DNA from: Allocoleopsis franciscana PCC 7113 | GTDB lineage: Bacteria; Cyanobacteriota; Cyanobacteriia; Cyanobacteriales; Coleofasciculaceae | DNA length: 64,000 bases | Assembly (NCBI RefSeq): GCF_000317515.1 | Contig: NC_019738.1 | Location: 1,617,623-1,681,622, forward strand | Reading direction: 5' to 3' | Shown: positions 10,781-21,500 of the stretch, in pieces | How the letters are laid out: the number at the start of each line of letters is the position of its first letter | How positions within the stretch are numbered: the first letter of the stretch is position 1 | Position numbers and translations under genes: made by a program | Notes under the pieces: generated by a model | The model's input: the letters and a program-made list of their open reading frames with translations, nothing else | Database searches by the model: none | Told to the model about the DNA's origin: nothing

Positions 10781-10815
10781 GAATGGTAATCGGTAATCGG
10801 TAATTGGTAATTGGT
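10781..10815. repeat. STRR-like heptanucleotide tandem repeat, (GGTAATY)n about 5 copies
   Basis: The sequence ggtaatcggtaatcggtaattggtaattggtaatgg lies between the convergent creatininase and radA genes. Confidence 0.8.
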
Positions 10816-10889
10816 AATGGCAGTCGCACCCTGAATGATTTGCAATCAGCAAGGATTAATGATAGCGAGTCGTTGAAGCCATCACTCCT

Positions 10890-12473
10890 TCACTCTTCGC
10901 TCATTTCCTCATCACCATCATCCGCAAAATTCTGGCGTAAACCTCCAGGCAAGGCAGCAATAATAGCGTCGAGTACTCTAGCTACCGGGATGATTTCTAA
11001 ACCCATATCGGGTAGAGTTTGCCCTTTGGGAATAATCGCTCGCTTGAAGCCTAACTTGGCGGCTTCTTTCAGGCGGAGTTCCATTTGAGAAACCAGCCGT
11101 ACCTGTCCACCCAATCCCACTTCGCCGATCATCACAGTACGGGGATCGACAATGCGATCGCGAAAACTGGCAACGACGGCGATCGCAACCCCCAAATCCG
11201 CCGCCGGTTCTTCAACGCCCAACCCGCCTGATGTGGCAACGTAGGCATCTAACTTCGATAGGGGAATCCCCACTCGCTTTTCCAACACCGCGAGAATTTG
11301 TTGCAATCGGTTATAGTCTACACCGGTGGTGGATCGACGCGGTGAACCATAACTCGCCGGACTGACTAGCGCCTGCAACTCCACCACCAGTGGACGGGTG
11401 CCTTCACAAGCCACAACGGTAGCTGTGCCGGGACTACTTTCATCTCGGTTGCCTAAAAACAGTTCAGAGGGGTTAAGGACTTCCTGCAAGCCTTTATCCA
11501 CCATTTCAAAAATGCCGATTTCGTGGGTGGCACCAAAGCGGTTTTTCACGGAACGGAGGAGGCGATGAGAGGCAAAGCGATCGCCTTCAAAATACAACAC
11601 GGTATCCACCAAGTGTTCTAATACCCTAGGGCCTGCGATCGCGCCTTCTTTGGTAACGTGTCCCACAATCAGCAGCGTGATGTTCTCGCGTTTTGCTACC
11701 TGCATGAGCGCAGATGTACATTCTCGCACCTGCGCCACCGAACCAGGCGCAGACGTTAAAGCGGCAAAGTACAACGTCTGAATACTATCAATCACAGCCA
11801 CCTGCGGCTTGAGAGACTCCAACTCCCGCAGCACTTCTTCTAAATCGGTTTCTGGCAGCACATAGAGATTTAAATCCGGATTGGGTTGGGTGGGTTTCTC
11901 TGGTTTAGCTTGGTTCACGGAACCGGGAGCATCCTGGTGTCCGTTTTGGGATGACTTCCCTCGCTTTTTTGGGGCACTGCTCGATGCCTCTTCCTCAATG
12001 GGTTTAGTCCCCACACCTAGCCGTGAGGCTCGTAGCTTGACCTGTTGTCCTGATTCCTCGGCACAAACATAAAGGATACGATGGTTCTGCGCTAGCTGAT
12101 TGGCTACTTGAAGAAGTAGCGTCGATTTGCCAATTCCTGGATCGCCACCAATCAACACCAATGAGCCAGGAACAATCCCTCCCCCCAGTACGCGATCAAG
12201 TTCAATGTAACCGGACGCAAACCGCATCTGGACATTGTCGGAAATTTCCGAGAACTTCAAAGACGATCTCGGTTGCGCTGGTCCTTTGCTTGGTGACTTG
12301 CGATCAGAACGGGTATTAGATTGCCAACCGCCCCGATTAATATTGAGAGGAGTCGAAGTTAAAACTTCTTCTTCTAGGGAGTTGTAGGTGCCGCAGGCTG
12401 AACATTTGCCAAACCATTGTGAGAAGTGTTCCCCGCATTGGTTACATATATATACAGATTTAGTCTTTGCCAT
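10890..12473 (-). CDS. radA: DNA repair protein RadA/Sms
   Basis: 527 aa. It has an N-terminal C4 zinc ribbon (CNQCGEHFSQWFGKCSACGTYN), Walker A (GGDPGIGKST), the KNRFG motif and a Lon-like C-terminal domain. It also contains a ~60-aa low-complexity insert (EEEASSSAPKKRGKSSQNGHQDAPGSVNQAKPEKPTQPNPDLN). Confidence 0.9.
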   Translation of the reverse strand: MAKTKSVYICNQCGEHFSQWFGKCSACGTYNSLEEEVLTSTPLNINRGGWQSNTRSDRKSPSKGPAQPRSSLKFSEISDNVQMRFASGYIELDRVLGGGIVPGSLVLIGGDPGIGKSTLLLQVANQLAQNHRILYVCAEESGQQVKLRASRLGVGTKPIEEEASSSAPKKRGKSSQNGHQDAPGSVNQAKPEKPTQPNPDLNLYVLPETDLEEVLRELESLKPQVAVIDSIQTLYFAALTSAPGSVAQVRECTSALMQVAKRENITLLIVGHVTKEGAIAGPRVLEHLVDTVLYFEGDRFASHRLLRSVKNRFGATHEIGIFEMVDKGLQEVLNPSELFLGNRDESSPGTATVVACEGTRPLVVELQALVSPASYGSPRRSTTGVDYNRLQQILAVLEKRVGIPLSKLDAYVATSGGLGVEEPAADLGVAIAVVASFRDRIVDPRTVMIGEVGLGGQVRLVSQMELRLKEAAKLGFKRAIIPKGQTLPDMGLEIIPVARVLDAIIAALPGGLRQNFADDGDEEMSEE

Positions 12474-12646
12474 CCTGAGCTAAAGAAGTGTTAAGGATTA
12501 TTAAGGAAACCTTAATAATTAAAGAAATAGGTAAGATAAGCGGCAAACCACCAACAGATAGAGCATTCAACTCTTAAAAAAGCTTCTTATAGCGTTATAT
12601 CTTAGAGATAAGCTACTCAATAAATTAACAATCCGCCGAGCATCTT

Positions 12647-13393
12647 TTGGGAGTACTGAGTCAATTGGAAAATCATAAGGAAAAAATCCTCGTTGTTGAT
12701 GATGAAGCAAGTATCCGCCGCATCTTGGAAACACGTCTTTCCATGATTGGCTACGATGTTGTCACAGCAGCCGATGGAGAAGAAGCTCTGGAAACCTTTC
12801 GTAATGCAGACCCTGACCTAGTGGTTTTGGATGTAATGATGCCGAAGCTCGACGGTTACGGGGTTTGTCAGGAATTGCGAAAGGAATCCGATGTCCCCAT
12901 TATTATGCTAACGGCATTAGGGGATGTTGCCGACCGCATTACAGGTTTAGAGTTAGGGGCAGATGACTATGTTGTCAAGCCCTTTTCGCCGAAAGAGTTG
13001 GAAGCCCGCATCCGTTCTGTATTACGACGGGTTGACAAGGTAGGCGCTTCTGGGATTCCCAGTTCGGGTGTGATCCATGTCAGCCTGATCAAAATCGACA
13101 CCAATAAGCGGCAGGTGTATAAGGGAGATGAGCGCATCCGGCTCACTGGTATGGAGTTCAGTCTCCTAGAGTTATTGGTCAGCCGTTCTGGGGAACCCTT
13201 CTCGCGATCGGAGATTTTGCAGGAGGTGTGGGGTTACACACCAGAGCGCCATGTCGATACCCGTGTGGTGGATGTCCACATCTCACGGCTACGGGCGAAG
13301 CTGGAAGACGACCCCAGCAATCCTGAGCTGATTTTGACGGCACGCGGGACGGGCTATTTGTTCCAGCGAATTATTGAACCTGGGGAGGAGTGA
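12647..13393 (+). CDS. rpaB: OmpR-family response regulator RpaB (Ycf27)
   Basis: 248 aa. The N-terminus ENHKEKILVVDDEASIRRILETRLSMIGYDVVTAADGEEALETF and the rest of the protein match the highly conserved cyanobacterial RpaB. It is divergent from radA, as in other cyanobacteria. Confidence 0.85.
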   Translation: MGVLSQLENHKEKILVVDDEASIRRILETRLSMIGYDVVTAADGEEALETFRNADPDLVVLDVMMPKLDGYGVCQELRKESDVPIIMLTALGDVADRITGLELGADDYVVKPFSPKELEARIRSVLRRVDKVGASGIPSSGVIHVSLIKIDTNKRQVYKGDERIRLTGMEFSLLELLVSRSGEPFSRSEILQEVWGYTPERHVDTRVVDVHISRLRAKLEDDPSNPELILTARGTGYLFQRIIEPGEE

Positions 13394-13479
13394 AGTATGG
13401 GGTATGAAACAGCCTTGGGATGGGGAATACCAATAACGTAAATTCTTCAGCCTTTATCCTTCATCTTTAGTAAAGACGC

Positions 13480-14148
13480 ATGGCTAAACCTGATCAAAAC
13501 TATGTACTGCGACAACTTCCATTGATTGTGGGAGGCGTTGCAGGAGTTCTGCTGCTGACTAACCGTTTGTTGACGCCCCAACTCACGGAATCTCAGGCAC
13601 GTTCAGATGCTTTAGGAGTGATTTTAAGCGCAGTGTTGATTTTGACAGGTTTACTGTGGCAGCAGGTGCAGCCGCGATCGCCGGAAGCGGTTAACCTGAT
13701 CGGAGAGGAGGGGTTGGAATTAGCCCCTGAATTACCGGAAGAGGTGAAGACTGAACTGGCATGGGCGTCACATCTGTTGCTGACGAATACAGTGACGCGA
13801 TCGCTAGTGGTGTTCTATCAAGGCAAGATTTTATTGCGTCGAGGTGTTTTAGGGGCGAATCCAGAAGTCAAGCCAGGAGCTATTTTGAGTCGAGTTATAG
13901 AAAAACAAAAGCCTGTTTATTTAGTGGATCTCAAGCTATATCCTGGACGCATTGAATTTGACTACCTGCCAGAAAATACTCAAGGAGTCATCTGCCAACC
14001 GCTTGGTGATCAGGGGGCACTGATTTTAGCGGCAAATGCCCCCCGTAGTTACACAAAGCAAGATGAGAATTGGATCGAGGGAATTGCAGACAAACTGGCC
14101 AATACCCTTAGCCGATTTGCTGAGGATTTCGCCACTGTTGAGGGTTAA
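13480..14148 (+). CDS. Conserved membrane protein, possibly CCB (cofactor assembly of complex C, DUF2930-like) family
   Basis: 222 aa, with two predicted N-terminal transmembrane helices followed by a soluble domain. The family guess comes from general resemblance only. Confidence 0.35.
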   Translation: MAKPDQNYVLRQLPLIVGGVAGVLLLTNRLLTPQLTESQARSDALGVILSAVLILTGLLWQQVQPRSPEAVNLIGEEGLELAPELPEEVKTELAWASHLLLTNTVTRSLVVFYQGKILLRRGVLGANPEVKPGAILSRVIEKQKPVYLVDLKLYPGRIEFDYLPENTQGVICQPLGDQGALILAANAPRSYTKQDENWIEGIADKLANTLSRFAEDFATVEG

Positions 14149-14700
14149 ATGTTGATCACAATTCTTTACTGGATACTGATTGCTGTGATGTTGGTGGGTG
14201 TTGTCGGGGCGGTGGTTCCCGGCATTCCTGGCCCTAGCTTGATTTTAGGTGCAATTTTAGTTTGGATTATTGTTCAGGTGAGCCAGGGTGTGGCGAATGT
14301 GAACTGGCTACCCCTGATCTCGATATTTTTGATTTTGATTTTGAGTGCTGGCGTTGAATTTTTAGCCACCTACTGGGGGGCTAGACAAGCGGGTGCCAGT
14401 AAATGGGGGCAAATTGGTGCCTTTGTAGGGTTAGTGTTAGGATTTTTCGGTCTTCTGCCAGCTTGGCTGTTTGGAGGGCCACTGGTGGGTATTCTGATTG
14501 GCCCTCTGTTGGGAGCCATTATTGGAGAATTTATCTATCGGCGGGAATTGCCACTCTCAGAAAGAACCCAGCAGTCGGTTAAGGCGGGTGTGGGAGTAGT
14601 CGTGGGTTCGCTGATTGGGAATTTAATTGAAGGGTTACTGGCGATCGCAGCGGTGGTCATTTTTGTCGTCTCTACTTGGCCTCCAGGAGCTGGGGTATAA
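14149..14700 (+). CDS. DUF456-family integral membrane protein
   Basis: 183 aa, very hydrophobic, with glycine-rich transmembrane helices (VVGAVVPGIPGPSLILGAILVW). Its start codon directly abuts the stop of the previous gene (14146..14148 TAA, 14149 ATG). Confidence 0.55.
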   Translation: MLITILYWILIAVMLVGVVGAVVPGIPGPSLILGAILVWIIVQVSQGVANVNWLPLISIFLILILSAGVEFLATYWGARQAGASKWGQIGAFVGLVLGFFGLLPAWLFGGPLVGILIGPLLGAIIGEFIYRRELPLSERTQQSVKAGVGVVVGSLIGNLIEGLLAIAAVVIFVVSTWPPGAGV

Positions 14701-14792
14701 GAAATTTCAATGAAATGCTGATGAATAGTGCAACCATGGGGAATTGCACCTCTCTTCAGTGTGATTTTTAGCACTTTGTTTCCTAGAGGTGC

Positions 14793-15953
14793 TTGTTGGA
14801 CAGGTTATACTACAGGTCTTTGTGTCTATTGGATAACATGGAACAAACCAAAATCACTTTTGCCAAAGAAATTGGATTTAGAAAAGAACTAAATCGCAGA
14901 GTTAAGGATTATTTTAGATCTGAAAATATTTCCCCTAGAGATAATCCGGCAATGTATCTTAAAACAGCCGTTCTGTTGGGGTGGATGATTTCGGCTTGGA
15001 CTTTCATCCTTTTCGCTCCTGTATCAGGTTGGATGAGATTAATCGGCTGCGTCATTCTCGCTTTTGGGATGGCGGGGTTTGTCTTTAATGTGGGTCATGA
15101 TGCCAACCATGGAGGATATTCCAACAATAAATATGTTAATTACATATTGGGTTTGACTTACGATTTTATGGGAGTTTCCAGTTATTTATGGAGATATCGT
15201 CATAACGTTCTGCATCATACTTATACCAACATCCCAGGTCATGATGTTGAAATCGATGGGGATGGTTGGGTGAGGATGTATCCCACACAAGAATACCGAT
15301 GGTATTACCGGTTTCAGCATATTTACATCTGGTTCATTTATTGTTTGGTCCCTCTGTATTGGTCTTACTGCGATGTGAATTTGATTTTAAGTAAGGGCAA
15401 ATATCACAACCATGTCATCCCAACACCTAAACTTTCCGAGAAAATAACGCTGCTGGGATTTAAAGTGATTTGGCTGGGTTACGTGATTGGTATCCCCTTA
15501 GCGGTGGGATACACGCCATGGCAAGTATTTTTGGGTGTGGCGGTTACCTTTATGACCTATGGATTGGTCATCAATATCGTGTTTATGCTGGCTCATGTTC
15601 TGGATTCAGCCGAGTTCTTAACCAGTGAGTCAGAGCAAATCCACATAGAAGATGAATGGGCGATTTTCCAGCTCAAGACAACGGTAGACTTTGCCCCAAA
15701 AAACCACTTCATTAATTGGTATGTCGGAGGATTAAACTATCAAGCCATTCATCACCTTTTCCCCAAAGTTTGTCATATTCACTACCCCAAAATTGCAAAG
15801 ATTGTGCAAGAAGTTTGCCAAGAATTTGGGGTGGAATATAAGGTGTATGAAACTTTTGGAGGCATTTTGAGTTCTAATTATCGCTGGTTGAAAGCATTAG
15901 GACGTGCACCTGCAACGACAAAGCGTGTCAGTGTTGTGAATTCAACTGTATAA
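14793..15953 (+). CDS. desD: Acyl-lipid Δ6 (front-end) fatty-acid desaturase
   Basis: 386 aa. It has the three histidine boxes HDANHG, HNVLHH and HHLFP. Strings nearly identical to Synechocystis DesD are present (FNVGHDANH, LWRYRHNVLHHTYTNIPGHDVEIDGDGWVRM, KGKYHNHVIP, CHIHYPKIAKIVQEVCQEFGVEYKVYETF). Confidence 0.85.
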   Translation: MLDRLYYRSLCLLDNMEQTKITFAKEIGFRKELNRRVKDYFRSENISPRDNPAMYLKTAVLLGWMISAWTFILFAPVSGWMRLIGCVILAFGMAGFVFNVGHDANHGGYSNNKYVNYILGLTYDFMGVSSYLWRYRHNVLHHTYTNIPGHDVEIDGDGWVRMYPTQEYRWYYRFQHIYIWFIYCLVPLYWSYCDVNLILSKGKYHNHVIPTPKLSEKITLLGFKVIWLGYVIGIPLAVGYTPWQVFLGVAVTFMTYGLVINIVFMLAHVLDSAEFLTSESEQIHIEDEWAIFQLKTTVDFAPKNHFINWYVGGLNYQAIHHLFPKVCHIHYPKIAKIVQEVCQEFGVEYKVYETFGGILSSNYRWLKALGRAPATTKRVSVVNSTV

Positions 15954-16006
15954 AAAATGACATCGGCTGGCTCCGTCAGGAGCCAGCTTGTTCTCAGCGT
16001 TAAACT

Positions 16007-16339
16007 TTAGTAGCTATCATTCTCGCCAACGGTCACCCTCTCCAAGCGATGGTTAGCTCGGTTGAGCCGATCGGCGATCGCCTGTCGCCAGGTTAGCGTC
16101 ACTTTGGGGTCGGCTAACACAGCTTGAGCCAATTCTCGATAGAATGCACTACTTGCAATATCTACATCCTCCAAAAGTTTGAGGTTTTCATAGACAGTTT
16201 GAGGAGAGATCAGAACCATAATTCCCTTCCTTTGCTTGTAACGCTCTAAAAAATAGATGGATCGGTGACAATCCACCCCATTCCAATCACCAGAATCCCG
16301 GTGAGGAGTTTGGTAGATATAGAACAGAATTTTCTTCAA
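16007..16339 (-). CDS. Hypothetical protein (110 aa from a TTG start; the first in-frame ATG gives ~70 aa)
   Basis: The ORF starts at a TTG that overlaps the gltD TGA stop (TTGA). No recognisable domain. The call is supported only by its position downstream of gltD. Confidence 0.3.
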   Translation of the reverse strand: MKKILFYIYQTPHRDSGDWNGVDCHRSIYFLERYKQRKGIMVLISPQTVYENLKLLEDVDIASSAFYRELAQAVLADPKVTLTWRQAIADRLNRANHRLERVTVGENDSY

Positions 16340-17817
16340 GGCAGGTCAGTACTACCCATCAGGTAAAGGTCGCACTCACGCGCTGCACCCCGTCCTTCGT
16401 TAAAAGCCCAGACGACAAGGCTTTGACCCCGACGGCAGTCACCCGCCGCAAAGACTCCAGGGAGACTAGTGGCGTATTTTCCATAGTCGGCTTTTACATT
16501 GCTGCGTGGGTCGCGTTCAAGGCCGAGGGCATCAAGCAGGGGTTGTTCAGGGCCGAGGAAACCCATTGCCAGTAAGACCAGTTGTGCAGGTAAGACTTTT
16601 TCCGTGCCAGGGACATGTTTGGGGATGAACTGGCCTTTGTCGTTTTTTTCCCACTCCACTTGTACGGTATGGACGGCTTTGACATTGCCGTTCTCGTCGC
16701 CCTCGAACTTGGTCGCGGTGGTGAGATAGGTGCGGGGGTCGGCACCAAACTTGGCAGCAGCTTCCTCCTGCCCGTAGTCCATTTTGTACACTTTAGGCCA
16801 TTCAGGCCATGGGTTGTTAGAGGCACGTTCTCCTGGGGGTTTGGGCAGAATTTCTAGTTGCACGAGGCTGTTACAGCCGTGGCGAATCGAGGTACCCACG
16901 CAGTCGGTACCAGTGTCACCGCCGCCAATGATCACCACATCCTTGCCTTCAGCACAGAGGGGGCTATGGGATTGCTTGTCCAGAACGGCCTTAGTGTTTG
17001 CCGTCAAGAAGTCCATAGCAAAGTGGATGCCTTGCAAGGAGCGTCCTTCGATCGGCAAGTCACGCGGTTTGGTGGCACCCGTGCAGAGGATGACAGCGTC
17101 GAATTCCTTGAGGAGATTTTCTACGGGCAAGTCCTTACCCACTTCGGTGTTGCAGACAAACTTCACACCTTCTTCCTCAAGCACGTTGAGGCGACGTAAA
17201 ACGACTTGTTCCTTGTCCAGCTTCATGTTGGGGATACCATACATCAGCAGTCCGCCTGGACGGTCGGCGCGTTCAAATACAGTGACCCAATGACCCGCTT
17301 TGTTAAGCTGAGCCGCCGCACTCAAACCCGCAGGGCCGGAGCCAATCACCGCCACTTTTTTCCCCGTGCGCTTGGCTGGGGGTTCGGGTGTAATCCAGCC
17401 TTCATCCCATCCTTTTTCGATGATCGAGTACTCGATATTCTTAATGGTGACAGGCGGGTTGTTAATACCCAGTACGCAAGAGCCTTCACAGGGTGCGGGA
17501 CAGACGCGACCGGTGAATTCGGGGAAGTTATTCGTTTTGTGCAGGCGATCCAGTGCCTCGCGCCAAAGCCCACGATAGACGAGGTCGTTCCATTCGGGAA
17601 TCAGGTTATTGATCGGACAACCACTCGCCATGCCACTGATTAGGGTGCCCGTGTGGCAAAAGGGAATGCCGCAATCCATACAGCGTGCGCCTTGGGTGCG
17701 GAGATTCTCCTCTGGCATGTGAAGGTGGAATTCGTCCCAGTTGTGGATGCGAGCGAGGGGCGCAAGTTCAGAGGGTGATTCCCGAAGAAATTCGATGAAG
17801 CCTGTTGGTTTTCCCAT
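16336..17817 (-). CDS. gltD: Glutamate synthase (NADH/NADPH) small subunit
   Basis: 493 aa. It has N-terminal Fe-S cluster cysteines ([18 protein letters not shown]) and FAD/NAD(P) Rossmann motifs ([27 protein letters not shown]). Confidence 0.9.
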   Translation of the reverse strand: MGKPTGFIEFLRESPSELAPLARIHNWDEFHLHMPEENLRTQGARCMDCGIPFCHTGTLISGMASGCPINNLIPEWNDLVYRGLWREALDRLHKTNNFPEFTGRVCPAPCEGSCVLGINNPPVTIKNIEYSIIEKGWDEGWITPEPPAKRTGKKVAVIGSGPAGLSAAAQLNKAGHWVTVFERADRPGGLLMYGIPNMKLDKEQVVLRRLNVLEEEGVKFVCNTEVGKDLPVENLLKEFDAVILCTGATKPRDLPIEGRSLQGIHFAMDFLTANTKAVLDKQSHSPLCAEGKDVVIIGGGDTGTDCVGTSIRHGCNSLVQLEILPKPPGERASNNPWPEWPKVYKMDYGQEEAAAKFGADPRTYLTTATKFEGDENGNVKAVHTVQVEWEKNDKGQFIPKHVPGTEKVLPAQLVLLAMGFLGPEQPLLDALGLERDPRSNVKADYGKYATSLPGVFAAGDCRRGQSLVVWAFNEGRGAARECDLYLMGSTDLP

Positions 17818-17873
17818 AATTTTGTCTCACTAATATTTGTATTTGACTTTAGATTGAGGAGGAGGCTGATCGC

Positions 17874-18479
17874 TCACACCTCTTTCATTTTTAGCCAGCT
17901 AAAAACTTGTTCTACTGTTAGATTTAATTCAATTCCATCCAATAAAATCAAATCATCTTGTCCTTGACGTAATTCGGGTTGTTGTTTTGGCTGGAATACT
18001 AGAATTGAACGATCATCTGGATCGAGCAGCCATCCGAGTTTACAACCATACTTTAAACAGTGCAGGATATTGCCAGTAACACGGTTAGAACTCTGGTCTG
18101 GAGAAAGAATTTCAATCGTCCAATCTGGAGCCATTAACACATCATCGATAGGTTCTCCATTCTCATCAAACTCAATATTCTCCCAACGAAGAACCGACAC
18201 ATCAGGAACCACTGAGCGACCCCCAAAGGTACAACGCAATTCAGGAAAAGCATAGGCAATTCGCCTTTGTTCAACGACTTCATTAACGGCGTTAATTAAT
18301 TTCCCCTGAAGTCTAGAGTGGCGAGCCTTCGGCATTGGTTTTTGCATAATCCTACCACCAATATATTCACGGGCAGGTTGCGTTTCGGGTAATTGCAGAA
18401 ACTCTTCCAGGGTTAAAGTTTTGGATGGGGTTTGTACCATTCGGGGTTGCCTCCAAGATTGCTGCCTCAGTGCGCTCAA
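17874..18479 (-). CDS. Uma2-family (DUF820) putative endonuclease
   Basis: 201 aa, with the typical Uma2 N-terminus (LTLEEFLQLPETQPAREYIGGRI..MPKARHSRLQ) and conserved acidic residues. This family is abundant in cyanobacteria. Confidence 0.7.
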   Translation of the reverse strand: MSALRQQSWRQPRMVQTPSKTLTLEEFLQLPETQPAREYIGGRIMQKPMPKARHSRLQGKLINAVNEVVEQRRIAYAFPELRCTFGGRSVVPDVSVLRWENIEFDENGEPIDDVLMAPDWTIEILSPDQSSNRVTGNILHCLKYGCKLGWLLDPDDRSILVFQPKQQPELRQGQDDLILLDGIELNLTVEQVFSWLKMKEV

Positions 18480-18481
18480 AC

Positions 18482-18501
18482 AAGGGGCTTAAGCCCCTTG
18501 T
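18482..18501 (-). terminator. Perfect 20-bp palindrome CAAGGGGCTTAAGCCCCTTG; a candidate intrinsic terminator for gltB, or bidirectional
   Basis: It lies 28 bp downstream of the gltB stop and is followed by a T-run on both strands (ttttatgg / tttgag). Confidence 0.5.
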
Positions 18502-18529
18502 TTTATGGTTAGAATTTCACGATTGAATT

Positions 18530-21500
18530 CTAACTCCCACCAATACGAGCAACATCGCGGGCGTTTTCTTCAAACGCTGCCGTCAGCGCATCATCACCAC
18601 TCAAGCCGGCGGCGATCGCCTTCTCAATCGCCTGCAACACACGCTTGTAATCCTTCGGCATCACCTTGACGAACTTCGGCACCATGTCTTTCCAAGAGGC
18701 AAGCACTTTGGATGCTTTCTCGCTCCCGGTGTAGTCGGCATGGCGCTGGATCATCTGGTACAAGTCGTCGATCTCTTCCGCATCTTCCAGGGTTTCTAGT
18801 CCAACCATTTGCTGGTTGCAGCGCGTGGCAAAGTCGCCTGCCTCATCGAGGATATAGGCAACGCCACCACTCATGCCTGCTGCAAAGTTGCGACCGGTTG
18901 CCCCTAGCACAACAACTTTACCGCCCGTCATGTATTCACAACCATGGTCACCAACGGCTTCAACCACCGTGTTCACACCGGAGTTACGGACGCAGAAACG
19001 CTCACCGGCCATCCCTCGGATGTAGGCTTCGCCACCGGTTGCCCCGTAGAAGGCAACATTACCCGCAATGATGTTTTCCTCGGCAACAAACGTGGAAGCC
19101 ACGGGCGGATAGAGAATGATTTTACCGCCACTGAGACCCTTACCCAGGTAGTCATTGGCATCCCCTTCCAGTTCGAGGGTCACACCTTTCGGTACGAATG
19201 CGCCAAAACTTTGGCCTGCGCTGCCCTGGAAATGTAGATGTACCGTATCTTCTGGCAGTCCCTCCCAGTGGCGCTTGGTGATTTCGTTACCGAGGATGGT
19301 GCCAACCACACGGTTCACGTTCTTAATCGGTAACGTGGCTTTCACTTTTTCACCCTTCTCGATCGCCGGTTGGCACAAATCGAGCAGAGTGGTTATATCG
19401 AGGGATTTGTCAAGTCCGTGGTCTTGGGGGATTTGACAATAGCGACCCACCTCTGGCCCGACTTCCGGCTGATAAAGAATCTTCGAGAGGTCGAGGTTCT
19501 TTGCCTTCCAATGCTCCACAGCCTTCTTTGGCTCAAGGATATCGGTGCGACCGACCATTTCATTGATCGTGCGGAAACCGAGTTCTGCCATGAGTTCGCG
19601 GGCTTCCTGCGCGATGAACTTCATGAAGTTCACCGTGTGTTCCGGATCGCCAGTGAAGTTCTGACGCAGTTGCGGGTCTTGTGTGGCGACGCCAACTGGG
19701 CAAGTGTTGAGGTGGCACACGCGCATCATGATGCAGCCGAGGGTGACTAGAGGGGCGGTGGCAAACCCAAACTCCTCAGCACCCAGCAGTGCGGCAATGA
19801 CCACGTCCCGTCCTGTCTTCATCTGACCATCGGTTTCGACCACAATCCGCGATCGCAAGTTGTTCAGAACCAAAGTCTGGTGGGTTTCCGCTAGTCCCAG
19901 TTCCCAAGGCAATCCGGCGTGCTTGATCGAAGTCTGGGGTGATGCGCCTGTCCCGCCGTCGTAACCGGAAATCAGGACAACATCAGCATGGGCTTTGGAA
20001 ACACCAGCAGCAATAGTGCCAACGCCCACTTCGGACACCAACTTGACACTCACCCGTGCCTCGCGGTTGGCGTTCTTCAAGTCGTGAATCAACTCAGCCA
20101 GGTCTTCGATGGAGTAGATGTCGTGGTGCGGCGGTGGCGAAATCAGTCCCACGCCGGGGGTGGAGTGGCGCACCTTAGCAATCCATGGATACACCTTTTT
20201 GCCAGGAAGTTGTCCGCCTTCACCCGGTTTTGCCCCCTGCGCCATCTTAATCTGGAGTTCTTTGGCTTGGGACAAATAGAGGCTGGTCACACCAAAGCGA
20301 CCGGATGCCACCTGTTTGATCGCGCTGTTCTTCGAGTCGCCCTGCTCATTCGTCCAAGTATAACGGTCTGGGTCTTCACCCCCTTCACCGGTGTTGGATT
20401 TGCCACCGAGGCGGTTCATGGCGATCGCTAAGGCTTCGTGTGTTTCCTTTGAGATGGAACCATAGCTCATCGCACCCGTTTTAAAGCGCTTGACGATCGC
20501 CTCAACGGGTTCCACTTCCTCAATGGGCACGGGTTCGCGCGGCTTGAATTCCAACAGTCCGCGCAGCGTGAAGTGCCTTTGGTTCTGCTCATTCACCAGC
20601 CCTGCATATTGCTTGTAAAGGTCGTAACTACCGACCCGTACTGCCTTTTGCAGCGTGTGGATAGTCTCCGGACTAAATAGGTGCGCCTCTCCACCTTTAC
20701 GCCACTGATATTCACCACCGACATCCAGAGTGTGACCATTGGCTGGACGGTCAGGGAAAGCCTGAGAGTGCCGTAAAATCGCTTCTTGGGCAATGACTTC
20801 GAGGTCTGCCCCCTGAATCCGTGATGCTGTCCAACTAAAGTATTTGTCAATCACTGATTGGTTGAGTCCAATCGCCTCGAAAATCTGGGCACCCCGATAA
20901 CTCTGAATCGTGGAGATGCCAATCTTGGAGGCGACCTTCACCACACCTTTCGTCGCAGCTTTGACGTAGTTTTTACAGGCTGTTTTGTGGTCAATGTTGA
21001 CCAGCAAGCCTTCGTGGATCATGTCCGCGATCGTCTCGAAGGCGAGATAGGGATTGATCGCACCGCAGCCGTAGCCAATCAGGGTTGCATAATGATGCAC
21101 CTCACGGGGTTCACCGGATTCGAGGACAAGTCCGACTCTGGTGCGTGTGCCTTCGCGGATCAGGTGGTGATGCAGCCCGGAAACTGCCATCAAGGCTGGA
21201 ATCGGGGCGTTATCGGGGTTCACACCGCGATCGCTGAGGATGATCAGATTCACGCCTGCTTCAATGGCACGGTTCGCCTGGGCGCAAATCTCTTCCATCG
21301 CCGTTTCCAGTCCCTTCACACCCTGTTTCGGGTCGAATAGAATCGGCAGGGTAACGGATTTAAACTGACCCTCGTTGATGTGCTTGAGCTTCGCCAGTTC
21401 TTCGTTACTCAGGATCGGTGTTTTCAGCTCGATCAGATGGCAACTCTCCGGTTCAGGCTTGAGCAAGTTGCGTTCCGAACCAATGGTTGTCTCCGCCGAG

